Origin: Candidatus Moraniibacteriota bacterium
GTDB taxonomy: Bacteria > Patescibacteriota > Minisyncoccia > Moranbacterales > UBA1568
Length of the DNA stretch: 64,000 bases
Reading direction: 5' to 3'
Assembly: GCA_028711705.1 (NCBI GenBank)
Contig: JAQTRS010000003.1
Span: 109,966 to 173,965 of the forward strand
This document shows, piece by piece, positions 52,032-62,341 of the stretch; the stretch's first letter is position 1; every line of letters starts with the position of its first letter. The position numbers and the translations under genes are program-made. The notes beneath the pieces were generated by a model. That model had not been told where the DNA came from, made no database searches, and was given only the letters and a program-made list of their open reading frames with translations.

Positions 52032-54548
52032 ATGCAGTGGAAGGATGCGACCGATAAATCAGCCGATGCGATAGCGAAAGAGATGCAGACATCCCTGGAT
52101 GGTTTGACGGTGGATGAAGTGATGCGCCGTCGCGAGGAATACGGAGCGAATCAGATCGAAGAACACAGCGTCAGATGGTGGCATACGTTGCTGCGCCAGT
52201 TCCAGTCATCATTCATCTACCTGCTCTTGGTGGCGGCGGGACTTTCTTTTCTGCTCGGTGAGCGCACGGAGGCCGAGATGATGCTTCTGTTTTTGCTTAT
52301 CAACACGCTTTTCGGATTTTTTCAGGAGCATCATTCGATCAAAACCTTGGATCTTCTGAAAAAGTATCTGGTGAGCCGGTCGCGGGTTATGCGCGGTAAC
52401 GAGGAAGTATCGATAGAGAGCCGAGATATCGTCCCCGGGGATGTGCTTATGCTTGCTGCGGGCGATAAGATCGCTGCGGACGTATATTTTATCGAGAGTC
52501 ATGATGTGATGGTGGATGAGGAAATCCTGACAGGTGAGTCGGTCGCGGTTGAAAAAATAGGCGGGGCATTGAAGGAACGGACGGAACAGATGTATCAGGC
52601 GAAGAATATCGGATTTGCCGGGACGGTGCTGATGCGCGGACGAGGTGTCGGCGTGGTGATAGCTACCGGAGGCGATACGGCTATGGGTGAAGTGGCGCAT
52701 CTTACGGAAACCACCAATCGCGAGAGCACTTTCGAGAAGGGGATACTCCGCTTCAGCCGCTTTATCATGCGTCTGGTCATCGTGACGCTGACGCTGATCT
52801 TCCTGGTCAACTTGCTGATCAAGGGCGAAGGTGCCAATCCGATGGAGCTTCTGATATTCTCTCTGGTGTTGGTCATTTCGGTGATACCGGAAGCGCTTCC
52901 TTTCGTGATTACCGTTTCGCTTTCGCGGGGGTCGCTGCGTTTGGCGAAGAAAAAAGTCGTGGTGAAAAGATTGTCCGCTATCGAAGATTTGGGGAGCGTG
53001 GAAGTGCTGTGCTCGGATAAGACGGGAACGCTCACGGAAAACAAGTTGACGATGGAAAAGGTGTATGCGGATAGCAAGAAACAATGCCTGTATGCGGCGG
53101 TTTTGGCATCGGATTATGCTGGTTTGGAAAAGGGTGAGGACGTCGATCCTTTCGACGAAGCGCTCTGGAATGCGATAGATGCAAAGGAGCGCGAAGCGCT
53201 TCTGGCATGCACGAAAATCAGCGAAGCCCCTTTCGATCCGGTACGGCGACGCAATAGCGCGGTGATATGGGATCAGGAGGAACGATGGCTGATCGTGCGC
53301 GGCGCCCCGGAGGCCATTATCGAGATTTCCACCCACCTCTCTTTTGAACAGAAGGCGAAGTACCTTAGGTGGATGGCGATGCAGGGCGAGGACGGACGGC
53401 GGGTATTGGCGGTGTCTCATAAGCCCCTTCCTGGCAAAGCGCAATTCTCCTTGGAACGGGACGAGAGCGATCTTGAATTTTTGGGATTGATTTCCTTTGT
53501 CGATCCCATTAAGGAGACGGCGCAGGAAGCGATCAATGAAGCGCGGCGTTTAGGGATAGAAGTGAAGATCATCACCGGGGACAGTAAGGAGGTGTCGGGA
53601 TCGGTCGCGACGCGTATCGGGCTGATCGCCTCCCCTCACGAGGTCATCCTCGGTGAGGAGCTGGAGGCTCTAGCGCATACGAAAAAATTGGAAATGGTGA
53701 GGAAATATTCGGTGTTCGCTCGCGTTTCACCGCAGCAGAAGTATATGATTATCGAGCTGCTGCAAGAGACGAAGGAAGTGGGGTTTTTGGGTGAGGGCAT
53801 CAATGATGCGCCGGCACTCAAGCTCGCGAACGTGGCGCTCGTCGTGCAGAGCGCGTCGGATATCGCGCGTTCCGCGGCGGACGTCGTGCTGCTCGATACG
53901 AGTTTAAAAGTCATCATCGATGGTATCCGGGAGGGGCGGAGTATTTTTGCCAATATCATCAAGTACATCAAGACGACGCTCACGTCCAATTTCGGCAATT
54001 TCTATTCCGTCGCCATCGCTTCCTTGCTGATACCGTTCGTGCCGATGCTTCCTCTGCAGATCCTTTTGATCGATATTCTCTCGGATTTCCCGATGATCGC
54101 TTTGGCGACGGACGCGGTGGATACGGAGGAACTGCAGAAACCGAAAGGGTATAATGTGAGGGATGTGGTGCTCTCGGCGACGATCCTGGGTGTCGTGAGT
54201 AGTATGTTCGATTTCATTCTCTTCGCAACCTTTTATCAGAAAGGTGAGGGTGTGCTTCAGACGAATTGGTTTATGCTGAGCCTGTTTACGGAACTCGTAC
54301 TGATTTTCTCCCTCCGCAGTAGACGTCCTTTCTGGAAAGCGAAGCGTCCTTCGACGATATTGGTGATGCTCTCCCTTGCAATGCTCACCATAGGCGTCAC
54401 GGTGCCGTTTACTCAGTTCGGACAACGGGTATTTCATTTCGCCCAACCGACGCATTCATCCGTAGTATGGATCCTGAGTCTGGTGGGAGTATATTTCTTT
54501 GCCACGGAGGTGGTGAAACGTTTGTACTGCCGCATAACGGAGGGGTGA
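52032..54548 (+). CDS. cation-transporting P-type ATPase (Mg2+/Ca2+ type)
   Basis: Phosphorylation motif CSDKTGTLT, hinge GEGINDAPAL and about 10 TM segments. 838 aa. Confidence 0.9.
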   Translation: MQWKDATDKSADAIAKEMQTSLDGLTVDEVMRRREEYGANQIEEHSVRWWHTLLRQFQSSFIYLLLVAAGLSFLLGERTEAEMMLLFLLINTLFGFFQEHHSIKTLDLLKKYLVSRSRVMRGNEEVSIESRDIVPGDVLMLAAGDKIAADVYFIESHDVMVDEEILTGESVAVEKIGGALKERTEQMYQAKNIGFAGTVLMRGRGVGVVIATGGDTAMGEVAHLTETTNRESTFEKGILRFSRFIMRLVIVTLTLIFLVNLLIKGEGANPMELLIFSLVLVISVIPEALPFVITVSLSRGSLRLAKKKVVVKRLSAIEDLGSVEVLCSDKTGTLTENKLTMEKVYADSKKQCLYAAVLASDYAGLEKGEDVDPFDEALWNAIDAKEREALLACTKISEAPFDPVRRRNSAVIWDQEERWLIVRGAPEAIIEISTHLSFEQKAKYLRWMAMQGEDGRRVLAVSHKPLPGKAQFSLERDESDLEFLGLISFVDPIKETAQEAINEARRLGIEVKIITGDSKEVSGSVATRIGLIASPHEVILGEELEALAHTKKLEMVRKYSVFARVSPQQKYMIIELLQETKEVGFLGEGINDAPALKLANVALVVQSASDIARSAADVVLLDTSLKVIIDGIREGRSIFANIIKYIKTTLTSNFGNFYSVAIASLLIPFVPMLPLQILLIDILSDFPMIALATDAVDTEELQKPKGYNVRDVVLSATILGVVSSMFDFILFATFYQKGEGVLQTNWFMLSLFTELVLIFSLRSRRPFWKAKRPSTILVMLSLAMLTIGVTVPFTQFGQRVFHFAQPTHSSVVWILSLVGVYFFATEVVKRLYCRITEG

Positions 54549-54560
54549 AGGTGAAAGCAT

Positions 54561-55157
54561 ATGAATCCATTTGTACAAAAACTATTCCATACCAGAGAAG
54601 GGAAGAAATTCCTCGCTTTCCTTGTGATCTTTATCGGTTTCTGGTATTCGGTTATCATGGGAGCGAGCCGTGTTTCGTGGCAGGATTTTGTTGACTATGT
54701 GCGAAATGTCACGAATGATTCTTTGCAAAAAACAGTTGATCAATCAAGTGATTTTGTATCGGTGAAGCGGGTGGTGGATGGGGATACCATCGAGCTTGAG
54801 GATGGCCGGAAGGTGCGCTATATTGGGGTCAATACGCCCGAGAGCGTCAAGGTGAATTCGCCGGCGGAGTGTTTCGGCAAAGAGGCAAGCGCGAAGAATA
54901 AGGAATTGGTCGAAGGGAAATCCGTGCGACTTGAAAAGGACGTATCCGAGGCGGACCGGTATGGGAGGTTGCTTCGTTTCGTGTATTTGGAGGATGGGAC
55001 CTTCGTGAATGATGAGCTGGTGCGCGCAGGCTATGCTCGCGTTTCAACCTTTCCTCCCGATGTGAAATTGGCTGAGCAATTCAAGCAAGCCGAACGCGAA
55101 GCGCGGGAAAATAAGCGCGGGATTTGGGCGGATGAGACCTGCGCCGGGAAGAGGTAG
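54561..55157 (+). CDS. membrane-anchored thermonuclease (SNase-like) family nuclease
   Basis: N-terminal TM. SNase core VKRVVDGDTIELEDGRKVRYIGVNTPE...YGRLLRFVY. Confidence 0.8.
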   Translation: MNPFVQKLFHTREGKKFLAFLVIFIGFWYSVIMGASRVSWQDFVDYVRNVTNDSLQKTVDQSSDFVSVKRVVDGDTIELEDGRKVRYIGVNTPESVKVNSPAECFGKEASAKNKELVEGKSVRLEKDVSEADRYGRLLRFVYLEDGTFVNDELVRAGYARVSTFPPDVKLAEQFKQAEREARENKRGIWADETCAGKR

Positions 55158-55256
55158 CAGAAAGTGATACCAAAGAGGACGCATGTATTTTTTCCGACCA
55201 GAGTGAGTACACTAGTGGTCTTGAAAAAATGTCTGCGTCCTTTGTTTAACTTACGA

Positions 55257-57020
55257 TTATCTTTTCTCGAGAATAGTTTTGGCAGTGACTTCCTTTCCGA
55301 GTTTGTCGATGATTTCCTGAAGAGAGAGCGCGCCGATCTTTCCTTGGTCGCGGGATTCGAGGGTGACGGTTTGCGATTCCATTTCTTGGGCACCGATAAC
55401 CAGGGTGTAGGGGATTTTCTGGAGCTTGCTCTCGCGGATTTTCTTGCCGAGAGATTCATTGTCATCGCGCAGCGTGACGCGAAGACCAGCGTTCTGCAGT
55501 TTTTTGAAGACTTTCTTGGCGTAGTCGTGATGCGCTTCGCTAATGGGGATGATGACCATCTGCACCGGCGCGAGCCACAGCGGGAAATTGCCGGCGAAGT
55601 GCTCGATGATGATGCCCATGAAGCGCTCGAGCGATCCGGAGATGGCGCGATGAATGACGACCGGGCGCTCCTTCTCACCTTTTTCATTGATATAGGCAAG
55701 GTCGAAGCGGTTCGGGAGATTGAAGTCGCATTGGATGGTGGCAAGCTGCCACTCCCGACCGATGGCATCGCGGAACATGAAGTCGAGTTTCGGCCCGTAG
55801 AACGCAGCTTCACCTTCGACCCGCTTATAGGGGAGGTTATTTTCTTTAGCGGCGCTCTCGAGCGCTTTTTCAGCAGCTTCCCATACGGAATCATCACCTA
55901 AGAATTTATCTCTGTTTTCTCCGCGAACAGAAAGACTGACCCAATAATCGGACGTGAGATCGAATGTGGTATAGAAGTCCTTGATGATATCGACGATGAC
56001 CCCGACTTCCTGGCCGATCTGATCGATACGGCAGAAGAGGTGTCCGTCGTCTTGGGTGATGGCGCGTACGCGGGTGAGTCCTGCGAGCTGGCCGGATTTC
56101 TCATCACGGTATACGGTGGCCGGTTCGAAGTAGCGCACCGGCATGTCGCGGTAGGAGAATTGATTGTCGTCGAAGATTTGCATGTGATGCGGACAACTCA
56201 TCGGCTTGAGGATGAATTTGTCTTCCTTACCCTGCACCCGGAAGAGTTCATCACCGAATTTCTCGGCGTGTCCGGATGTCTGGTAGAGTGTTTCTTTGGC
56301 GATGTGAGGCGTCCAAACGCGCTGGTAGCCCTTGCCTGCATGCAGGTCCCAGAGGTAGTCCTCGATGGACTTGCGGATAATCATACCGTTGGGCTGCATG
56401 AGCGGAAGACCGGCGCCGATAAGGTCGGAGAGAGTGAAGAGTTTGAGTTCTTTGGCGAGTTTGCGGTGATCACGTTTCTTGGCTTCTTCTTGCTGCCAGA
56501 TGTATTTGTCGAGCGCTTCTTTGGATTCGAAGGCCAGACCTGCAATGCGTAGGAGCTGCTGGTTTTTCTCGTTGGCTTTCCAATAGGCGCCGGCGAGGCG
56601 GAAGAGTTTGAAAGAGTTGGCGGGGATTTCGCTGGTATTGCCCACATGCGGTCCTTCGCAGAGATCGATGAAGTCACCCGTGCGGTATATGGTGATAATC
56701 TCGCCTCGGGACGCGATCTCGTCGATCAGCTCGAGTTTGAAAGATTGATGCGCGAAGAGTTTTTTGGCTGCTTCGATCGAGATTTCTTCTCGAATGAAGT
56801 CGAGTTTTTGGTTGATGAACCCGCGCATCGTCTTTTCCAGGATTTTGAAATCCTTGTCGGAAACGGTGATGCCGTCGGAAAGGAGGATGTCGTAATAGAA
56901 ACCGTTATCCGTGACAGGGCCGGTGCCAAATTGCGCTTTCGGATCGATTTTAAGAATGGCCATCGCAAGAAGATGGGCGAGAGAGTGGCGGTTATTGAAA
57001 AGCTGATCGGAGCTTGGCAT
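55257..57020 (-). CDS. thrS: threonine--tRNA ligase
   Basis: Editing-domain HxxxH (HSLAHLL), class II aaRS catalytic core and a C-terminal anticodon-binding domain. 587 aa; no N-terminal TGS domain. Confidence 0.9.
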   Translation of the reverse strand: MPSSDQLFNNRHSLAHLLAMAILKIDPKAQFGTGPVTDNGFYYDILLSDGITVSDKDFKILEKTMRGFINQKLDFIREEISIEAAKKLFAHQSFKLELIDEIASRGEIITIYRTGDFIDLCEGPHVGNTSEIPANSFKLFRLAGAYWKANEKNQQLLRIAGLAFESKEALDKYIWQQEEAKKRDHRKLAKELKLFTLSDLIGAGLPLMQPNGMIIRKSIEDYLWDLHAGKGYQRVWTPHIAKETLYQTSGHAEKFGDELFRVQGKEDKFILKPMSCPHHMQIFDDNQFSYRDMPVRYFEPATVYRDEKSGQLAGLTRVRAITQDDGHLFCRIDQIGQEVGVIVDIIKDFYTTFDLTSDYWVSLSVRGENRDKFLGDDSVWEAAEKALESAAKENNLPYKRVEGEAAFYGPKLDFMFRDAIGREWQLATIQCDFNLPNRFDLAYINEKGEKERPVVIHRAISGSLERFMGIIIEHFAGNFPLWLAPVQMVIIPISEAHHDYAKKVFKKLQNAGLRVTLRDDNESLGKKIRESKLQKIPYTLVIGAQEMESQTVTLESRDQGKIGALSLQEIIDKLGKEVTAKTILEKR

Positions 57021-57223
57021 AGGGTTTGGATTAGATTAAGAGATGGGTTCAAGACGGGGTTGTTTATACCATTAGCATAGCAATGAAGCCTCTTTTAGGC
57101 AAGGAGAGGCTTTTGGATATGACAAGGAGGTTATTGACGTGAGGTTTTTTGTCTGGTATACAAGGAAGGTCCTCAGTGAAGGGCATCGTAGAAACAGTGT
57201 ATTAACAATCAGTGGGGTGCGGT

Positions 57224-57976
57224 ATGAACAATAAAGATGTAAGGCGCGTCATCTGGGCGCTTGATGGTATGGGCGTCACCGCGGCGCAAGATGTGCTCGA
57301 TAAGGTTTTCGTTGAAAATAGCGATGTCAACCAAATGATCGCTATGATCAAGTTGAATGATATGGCGCTTTTGGGTGAGGATGCCATCATATCGATCATG
57401 AATCATGTTCCATCGGATACAGGGCTTTTTATTGATGGAAAGTGGGCGGATGTTTCGGGAACGATGAGGAATATCGCCAAGCGGTATGCTGGCCTTAGTC
57501 CTTCTATCGTTACGGTTCGAGAGAGTATCCATTGGAAATCTCTTTTAGCCATACGCGATGTATTGCCTCAAGCCACTATCGCGCTTGTTTCCGCATTGAC
57601 CGATATATCCGAAGCGGATTTTTTGCGGGATTATGGCATGGTGCCGCGCGAATACATTGCCAGGCATCTGGAGAAGTTCCAGCGATATCTCGGTGATGAT
57701 AACTCTCTCGGAGCAAGCGTATGCAGTCCGCTTGAGGCGAGTTGGCTTAGCGAGAGATTTCCTCATATCAAGCTGATTACCCCAAGTATCCGTAGTCTAT
57801 GGATGAAGGAGGATCATCAGCAGCGGACTCTTCCAGCTGATGAGGCTATAAAAGCGGGTGCTAAATTCTTGGTGATGGGGTCGCAACTTACCAAGGGAAA
57901 TCCTGAGGAAGGAATTTCCGCCGTGAAAAGTCGTCAGATGACGTTTGATGAAATCGTTTCTGCCGTAAGCGTGTAA
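57224..57976 (+). CDS. pyrF: orotidine 5'-phosphate decarboxylase
   Basis: PyrF motifs VIWALD, IKLND, FIDGKWADVSGTM (DxKxxDI), ASVCS, ITPSIR and the C-terminal GSQLTKGNP. Confidence 0.65.
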   Translation: MNNKDVRRVIWALDGMGVTAAQDVLDKVFVENSDVNQMIAMIKLNDMALLGEDAIISIMNHVPSDTGLFIDGKWADVSGTMRNIAKRYAGLSPSIVTVRESIHWKSLLAIRDVLPQATIALVSALTDISEADFLRDYGMVPREYIARHLEKFQRYLGDDNSLGASVCSPLEASWLSERFPHIKLITPSIRSLWMKEDHQQRTLPADEAIKAGAKFLVMGSQLTKGNPEEGISAVKSRQMTFDEIVSAVSV

Positions 57977-58117
57977 TCGCAACTAGGGGGAGTGGGTAAT
58001 TGAAGTAGTCGCTTTTGGTTTATCCTTAAGCGACCCTTTTTATTTCTACGGACTAGGGATTCCCGCCTCCGCGGAAATGTCAAACACCATTTTATATTTT
58101 CACAAACCACCAAAGTA

Positions 58118-58176
58118 AGCATATGTATTTTTCAGACCTTCTCGAGTACTCCAACGGTCTGAAAAATACATATGCT
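58118..58176. repeat. 21-bp perfect inverted repeat with 17-nt spacer (palindromic hairpin)
   Basis: agcatatgtatttttcagacc (58118-58138) and ggtctgaaaaatacatatgct (58156-58176) are exact reverse complements. Confidence 0.85.
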
Positions 58177-58199
58177 GACGATGATCATGATAGACAATT

Positions 58200-58237
58200 A
58201 AAAAAACCGCATCAGATTGCGATACGGTTTTTTTAGA
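58200..58237. terminator. bidirectional terminator (A-tract / hairpin / T-tract)
   Basis: aaaaaaccgcatcagattgcgatacggttttttt, downstream of the minus-strand DUF4012 gene. Confidence 0.5.
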
Positions 58238-58250
58238 TACTCTTGTAATG

Positions 58251-59666
58251 TTATTTCTTCTCCTCCACTTCCGTAAAATTGAATTTCAGATCCTTGGCAA
58301 GGGTGGCTTCCTGAGTGAATTCGCCCTTGTCGGTCTTGATATGGACAGTGACAGGGATATTGCCGATGCCGGATTGCTTTTGGATGAGAAGTTGGTATCC
58401 GTCGGCCTTGATGGTGTCGGGAAGCTCGTATTTGATGCCGGTGGCAAGGGCTTGGTTCATGACGGCATCCACTTTGTATCCGAAGATAGTCTTGTTGAAA
58501 TCCGTGCTGTCTTGGCTGAGGACACCGCCCGTTTTGACGCGGCTGTTCTCGATATACTTCGAGCCAAGCGGTGCGAGGATGCGGGTATAGGTGTGGTAGT
58601 CGCTGGTGCGCCAGTCGCCGTGGGTGGCGGTGTGGTCGTAGGTGTAGCTCACGGTCGCGACAGGTTTCGGTCCGGCAGTGAAGTCGACCGAGTAGTCAAG
58701 CGAGCGTTTCACCCAGTAGTCCGATTTGAGCGCGCCTAAGTTGGCGTCGACCACCATCACGTAGTCGCTCTCCCAGTCATCGGAAACGGTGCCGTCCCAA
58801 TGGACGCCGCTCACGATAGACTGCAGCGAGGGATCTTTGAACCAGATCATGATATTCTTGTCACGAAGTTCGGTCTGGGCGAAGGTGGCGAGTTTAGGGA
58901 TATTGTTGAGGGTACTGATGCGGCTGATGATTTCCGCGGCGATTTTTTTCATGATGGCTTTGCGATTCTGCTTGAGTTCGGCCGGGACGTCTTCACCCAA
59001 GAAAGGTTTTTCGACATTTTCTTCCAGTTTCATCGAAGCGTCGGCGGAAGCATAGGTGCCGTAGCCAGGCATCTCTATCGGCCCGGTGATGTCGAGGATG
59101 TGATCGAAGACATTGGCATTGACCGCGATGACGCCGTCGAACTGTTCACGGCCTCCGGCGAGACGGTAGAAATACTGCGCCTTGTCGACATTGGTCGGGA
59201 AGTCCGGTGAGAAGTTGGAGTCACGGAATTTCCATTTCTTGAGCTGGATCTGTTTGAACGGATAAGGCGGGGTGATGGTGGCGGTGATGCGCTGGTCGAG
59301 GAGGTTGGCGTCTTCGACGAAGCTTGAGATGATCTCTCCGTTCTTGACCTTGAGGATGGCGTATTGTCCCAAAAAACCACCGCCAGGGCGGAGTTCATAG
59401 TTGTTTTGGAGCATGACCATGAAGGTTCTGGTGATATCGTCTTTCTGGGAGAGTTTGCTTGCTAAGGTATTGACCGCTTCGATCTCCGCTTTGGTATCGG
59501 CTTCGATCGGCAGGAGCTTGGAGACCTTTTCGAAGAGCGAGAGCGAGTTGAGCGCAAGAATCTGCTTATGCGTCCTGCCGAATGAGACGAGGAAGAATCC
59601 TCCGATGGCGAGGGCGACGATACTTGCTGCGATGACGATATTTTTGCGAGTAAGATACTGTTGCAT
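58251..59666 (-). CDS. DUF4012 domain membrane-anchored protein
   Basis: N-terminal TM, then NNYELRPGGGFLGQYAILKV, which is characteristic of DUF4012 proteins. 471 aa. Confidence 0.65.
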   Translation of the reverse strand: MQQYLTRKNIVIAASIVALAIGGFFLVSFGRTHKQILALNSLSLFEKVSKLLPIEADTKAEIEAVNTLASKLSQKDDITRTFMVMLQNNYELRPGGGFLGQYAILKVKNGEIISSFVEDANLLDQRITATITPPYPFKQIQLKKWKFRDSNFSPDFPTNVDKAQYFYRLAGGREQFDGVIAVNANVFDHILDITGPIEMPGYGTYASADASMKLEENVEKPFLGEDVPAELKQNRKAIMKKIAAEIISRISTLNNIPKLATFAQTELRDKNIMIWFKDPSLQSIVSGVHWDGTVSDDWESDYVMVVDANLGALKSDYWVKRSLDYSVDFTAGPKPVATVSYTYDHTATHGDWRTSDYHTYTRILAPLGSKYIENSRVKTGGVLSQDSTDFNKTIFGYKVDAVMNQALATGIKYELPDTIKADGYQLLIQKQSGIGNIPVTVHIKTDKGEFTQEATLAKDLKFNFTEVEEKK

Positions 59667-59809
59667 GGGATTATACGATGAGAATTAAGTCTTTCTGTAT
59701 TGTAGCAGATGCGGTATATATTGAGAAGAAAAATGGGATGCATGTCGCACAGATATGTGGTATACTGCAGTTATGGATGTGTCGATCAAAGACTAACAAC
59801 ATATTTTCT

Positions 59810-60322
59810 ATGAAAGAGGTTTTAAGTACCATTTTCTTTTTAGCGATAGCTGGCAGTGCGCTGTGGGGATGGAATCGTTGGCAACAGACTGCTCGCGATG
59901 CGCGCAATACCCAGCCGTCCATCAATGCTTTGGCAATGGAGTCTTCGGTGTCGACCCCGGAATCGAAGGAGGCGCCTGAAGAGCCTGCCCCGGCGACCGA
60001 AGAGAAAAAACCAGAGGTAGCGAGCAGCGGAACTCCGAAAGAAACGCTCAACGTGAAGGTACTCAATGGCGGCGCGGCGAAGGGAAATGCCGGAAAAGTA
60101 CAGGACTTTTTGAAAAAAAACGGCTATAATAAGGTACAAATTGGCAATACGATCGGGGATTACACCGGCGTTGTCGTCTATTACTTGGATTCTAACGAAG
60201 CGTCTGCTACGGCCATACAGAAACTTCTTGTGAGTGACTTTCCAGAGGCGGAGGTTAGGGCTGCGTCCGCATCGGACAAGGAAGGGGGTAGCGCTCCGGT
60301 GGTGGTCATACTCGGCAAATAG
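59810..60322 (+). CDS. membrane-anchored LytR_C-domain protein
   Basis: TM LSTIFFLAIAGSALWGW, a Pro/Glu-rich linker and LytR_C (LNVKVLNGGAAKGNAGKVQDFLKKNGY...VVVYYLDS). ATG 59810 is preferred over 59678. Confidence 0.6.
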   Translation: MKEVLSTIFFLAIAGSALWGWNRWQQTARDARNTQPSINALAMESSVSTPESKEAPEEPAPATEEKKPEVASSGTPKETLNVKVLNGGAAKGNAGKVQDFLKKNGYNKVQIGNTIGDYTGVVVYYLDSNEASATAIQKLLVSDFPEAEVRAASASDKEGGSAPVVVILGK

Positions 60323-60449
60323 CCACAGCCTCGTTTCAAGCCATAGCGCATCGGTATGGTTTGAAGAATACGCCCAGAACTTTGACATTTCCGTATTTTT
60401 GCTTACAATGAAGTATTGCTTTCGTGTCATTTCTTAGGCTTTTTTGCTC

Positions 60450-62264
60450 ATGAACTCTCCTATCGAAGAAATCAAATCCAAGCTCAGTCTCGTCGATCTT
60501 GTCGGGGCGTATGTCCGTTTGCAGAAAATGGGGTCGCGTTTCAAGGCACCCTGCCCCTTCCACAATGAGAAGACACCGTCGTTCATGGTGGATGAAGAAC
60601 GGCAGATTTGGCACTGCTTCGGCTGCAACAAGGGTGGCGATGCCTTTGCTTTCCTGATGGAGATCGAGGGTATAGATTTTCGCGAAGCCCTGAAGGTTTT
60701 GGCGGATAGGACGGGTGTTGAATTGCCCAAGTATTCTCGGACGCAGGATAGCGGGGTGAAAAATCGCTCGTTCGAGATTCTGGAATTGGCGACGAAGTTT
60801 TATGAGAAGCAGCTTTGGGACGGCGCCGGGAAAAAAGCCTCGCTTCCGTATTTGCGTGACCGGGGACTGAGCGATGAATATATCGGAAACTTTCGCCTGG
60901 GGTTCGCACCGGACGGATGGAGGAATGTTTTGGATTTTTTGGTGGGACGTGGGTATGCGGCGGAGGAGATAGAGAAGACGGGACTTACGATCCGCAAGGA
61001 AGAGGGCAATACGTATTATGATCGTTTCCGTTCCCGCATTATGTTCCCGATCATGGATATTTTGGGGCGCGTCATCGGCTATTCGGCACGCATCGCGCCT
61101 GGCGGGGATGAATCGCAGGCCAAATATATCAATACGCCGGAAACAGGACTCTATCATAAGAGTCACGTGCTCTATGGTATACAGCGCGCCAAGCAGCCGA
61201 TGAAACAAAGCGATTTTGCTCTCATGGTCGAGGGCAATATGGATGTGATCGCGGCGCATCAGGCCGGTATCGGCAATACCGTGGCCGTTTCGGGAACGGC
61301 GCTGACCGGAGAACAACTGAGCATGATCAAACGCTACACGGAGAATCTGAAACTGTTTTTCGATATGGATGGTGCGGGTCAGATCGCTGCCCGTCGCAGC
61401 ACGGAAATCGCTTTGGAGAAAGGGTTTACGGTTTCCATAGTCTCTATCTTGCAAGGCAAGGATGCGGCGGATATCGCCAAGGAGGATCCGGAACTTCTGC
61501 GAACGGCCGTGACCGCATCCGTCCCGGCACCCCAGTATTTCCTGGAGAAAGCGCTGGTAGCTCACGATAAACACTTGCCTGAGGGGAAGCGCAAGATCGC
61601 GCACGAATACCTCAATCTCATCCGTTTCGTCTCGCATGACATCGATCGTGCGTTTTGGATACGCAAGTTGTCCGAGGCTCTGGATGTGGAAGAAATCACG
61701 CTTCTTAGCGTATTAAACAAAGTGGTGGGGGAGCAGAGCTCCTCATCGCCACAATCCGGAGTTTTTTCTGAAAAAAATACGTCTGAAACACGGTCGGCGC
61801 AATCGTTCGAGAAACGATCGGATTTTTTGCGCCGACAGGTTTGCGGCGTGATGATGCTGGAAGCTTCCGTCTGGGAACGATTGGCGACCGATACGCCCGA
61901 GGCACTGACTTCTTTTTTGACGCAAGATCCCCTGTTTCAGATATTGTGTGAAAAAGGAAAACAGGTGAACTTCATATTCGATGCCCTTTTGACGATGCTT
62001 TCGGAGAGTCATTTGCAACAAGAGATTACCCGATTGTACTTTGAGGGAGGGAAGATATTGGAGGGGACGCGGTTTGCGGACGACGAGGAGAAGAAGGTAT
62101 ATATCGGCCGCATTGCTGATCAGTATCTTTCGGAATTGGCCAAGGAATTGCGCAAAGAGGAGATGATCCGATTGGAACGTGCGATGAAAGAGGCTCAGGA
62201 GAGAGGAGATAAGATTGAGTCGCAACGCCTGCGAGCACAGTTCAGTGCGCTTTTGACGAGTTAG
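60450..62264 (+). CDS. dnaG: DNA primase
   Basis: Zinc ribbon [13 protein letters not shown]...[11 protein letters not shown], an RNA polymerase domain and a TOPRIM domain ([17 protein letters not shown]). Confidence 0.9.
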   Translation: MNSPIEEIKSKLSLVDLVGAYVRLQKMGSRFKAPCPFHNEKTPSFMVDEERQIWHCFGCNKGGDAFAFLMEIEGIDFREALKVLADRTGVELPKYSRTQDSGVKNRSFEILELATKFYEKQLWDGAGKKASLPYLRDRGLSDEYIGNFRLGFAPDGWRNVLDFLVGRGYAAEEIEKTGLTIRKEEGNTYYDRFRSRIMFPIMDILGRVIGYSARIAPGGDESQAKYINTPETGLYHKSHVLYGIQRAKQPMKQSDFALMVEGNMDVIAAHQAGIGNTVAVSGTALTGEQLSMIKRYTENLKLFFDMDGAGQIAARRSTEIALEKGFTVSIVSILQGKDAADIAKEDPELLRTAVTASVPAPQYFLEKALVAHDKHLPEGKRKIAHEYLNLIRFVSHDIDRAFWIRKLSEALDVEEITLLSVLNKVVGEQSSSSPQSGVFSEKNTSETRSAQSFEKRSDFLRRQVCGVMMLEASVWERLATDTPEALTSFLTQDPLFQILCEKGKQVNFIFDALLTMLSESHLQQEITRLYFEGGKILEGTRFADDEEKKVYIGRIADQYLSELAKELRKEEMIRLERAMKEAQERGDKIESQRLRAQFSALLTS

Positions 62265-62341
62265 TCGTTTTTGACTTTTTCTGTGTTTCATCGTATGCTA
62301 ACTACAGTAAATACAAGGAGGGTGAACAAGTCGCAGCTTGT

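Noticed and set aside
57021-57211. T-box riboswitch leader for thrS
   Set aside because: A hairpin (aagcctct...agaggctt) exists at 57096-57127. However, the conserved T-box sequence (AAnnnGGGTGGnACCGCG) was not found on the thrS sense strand.
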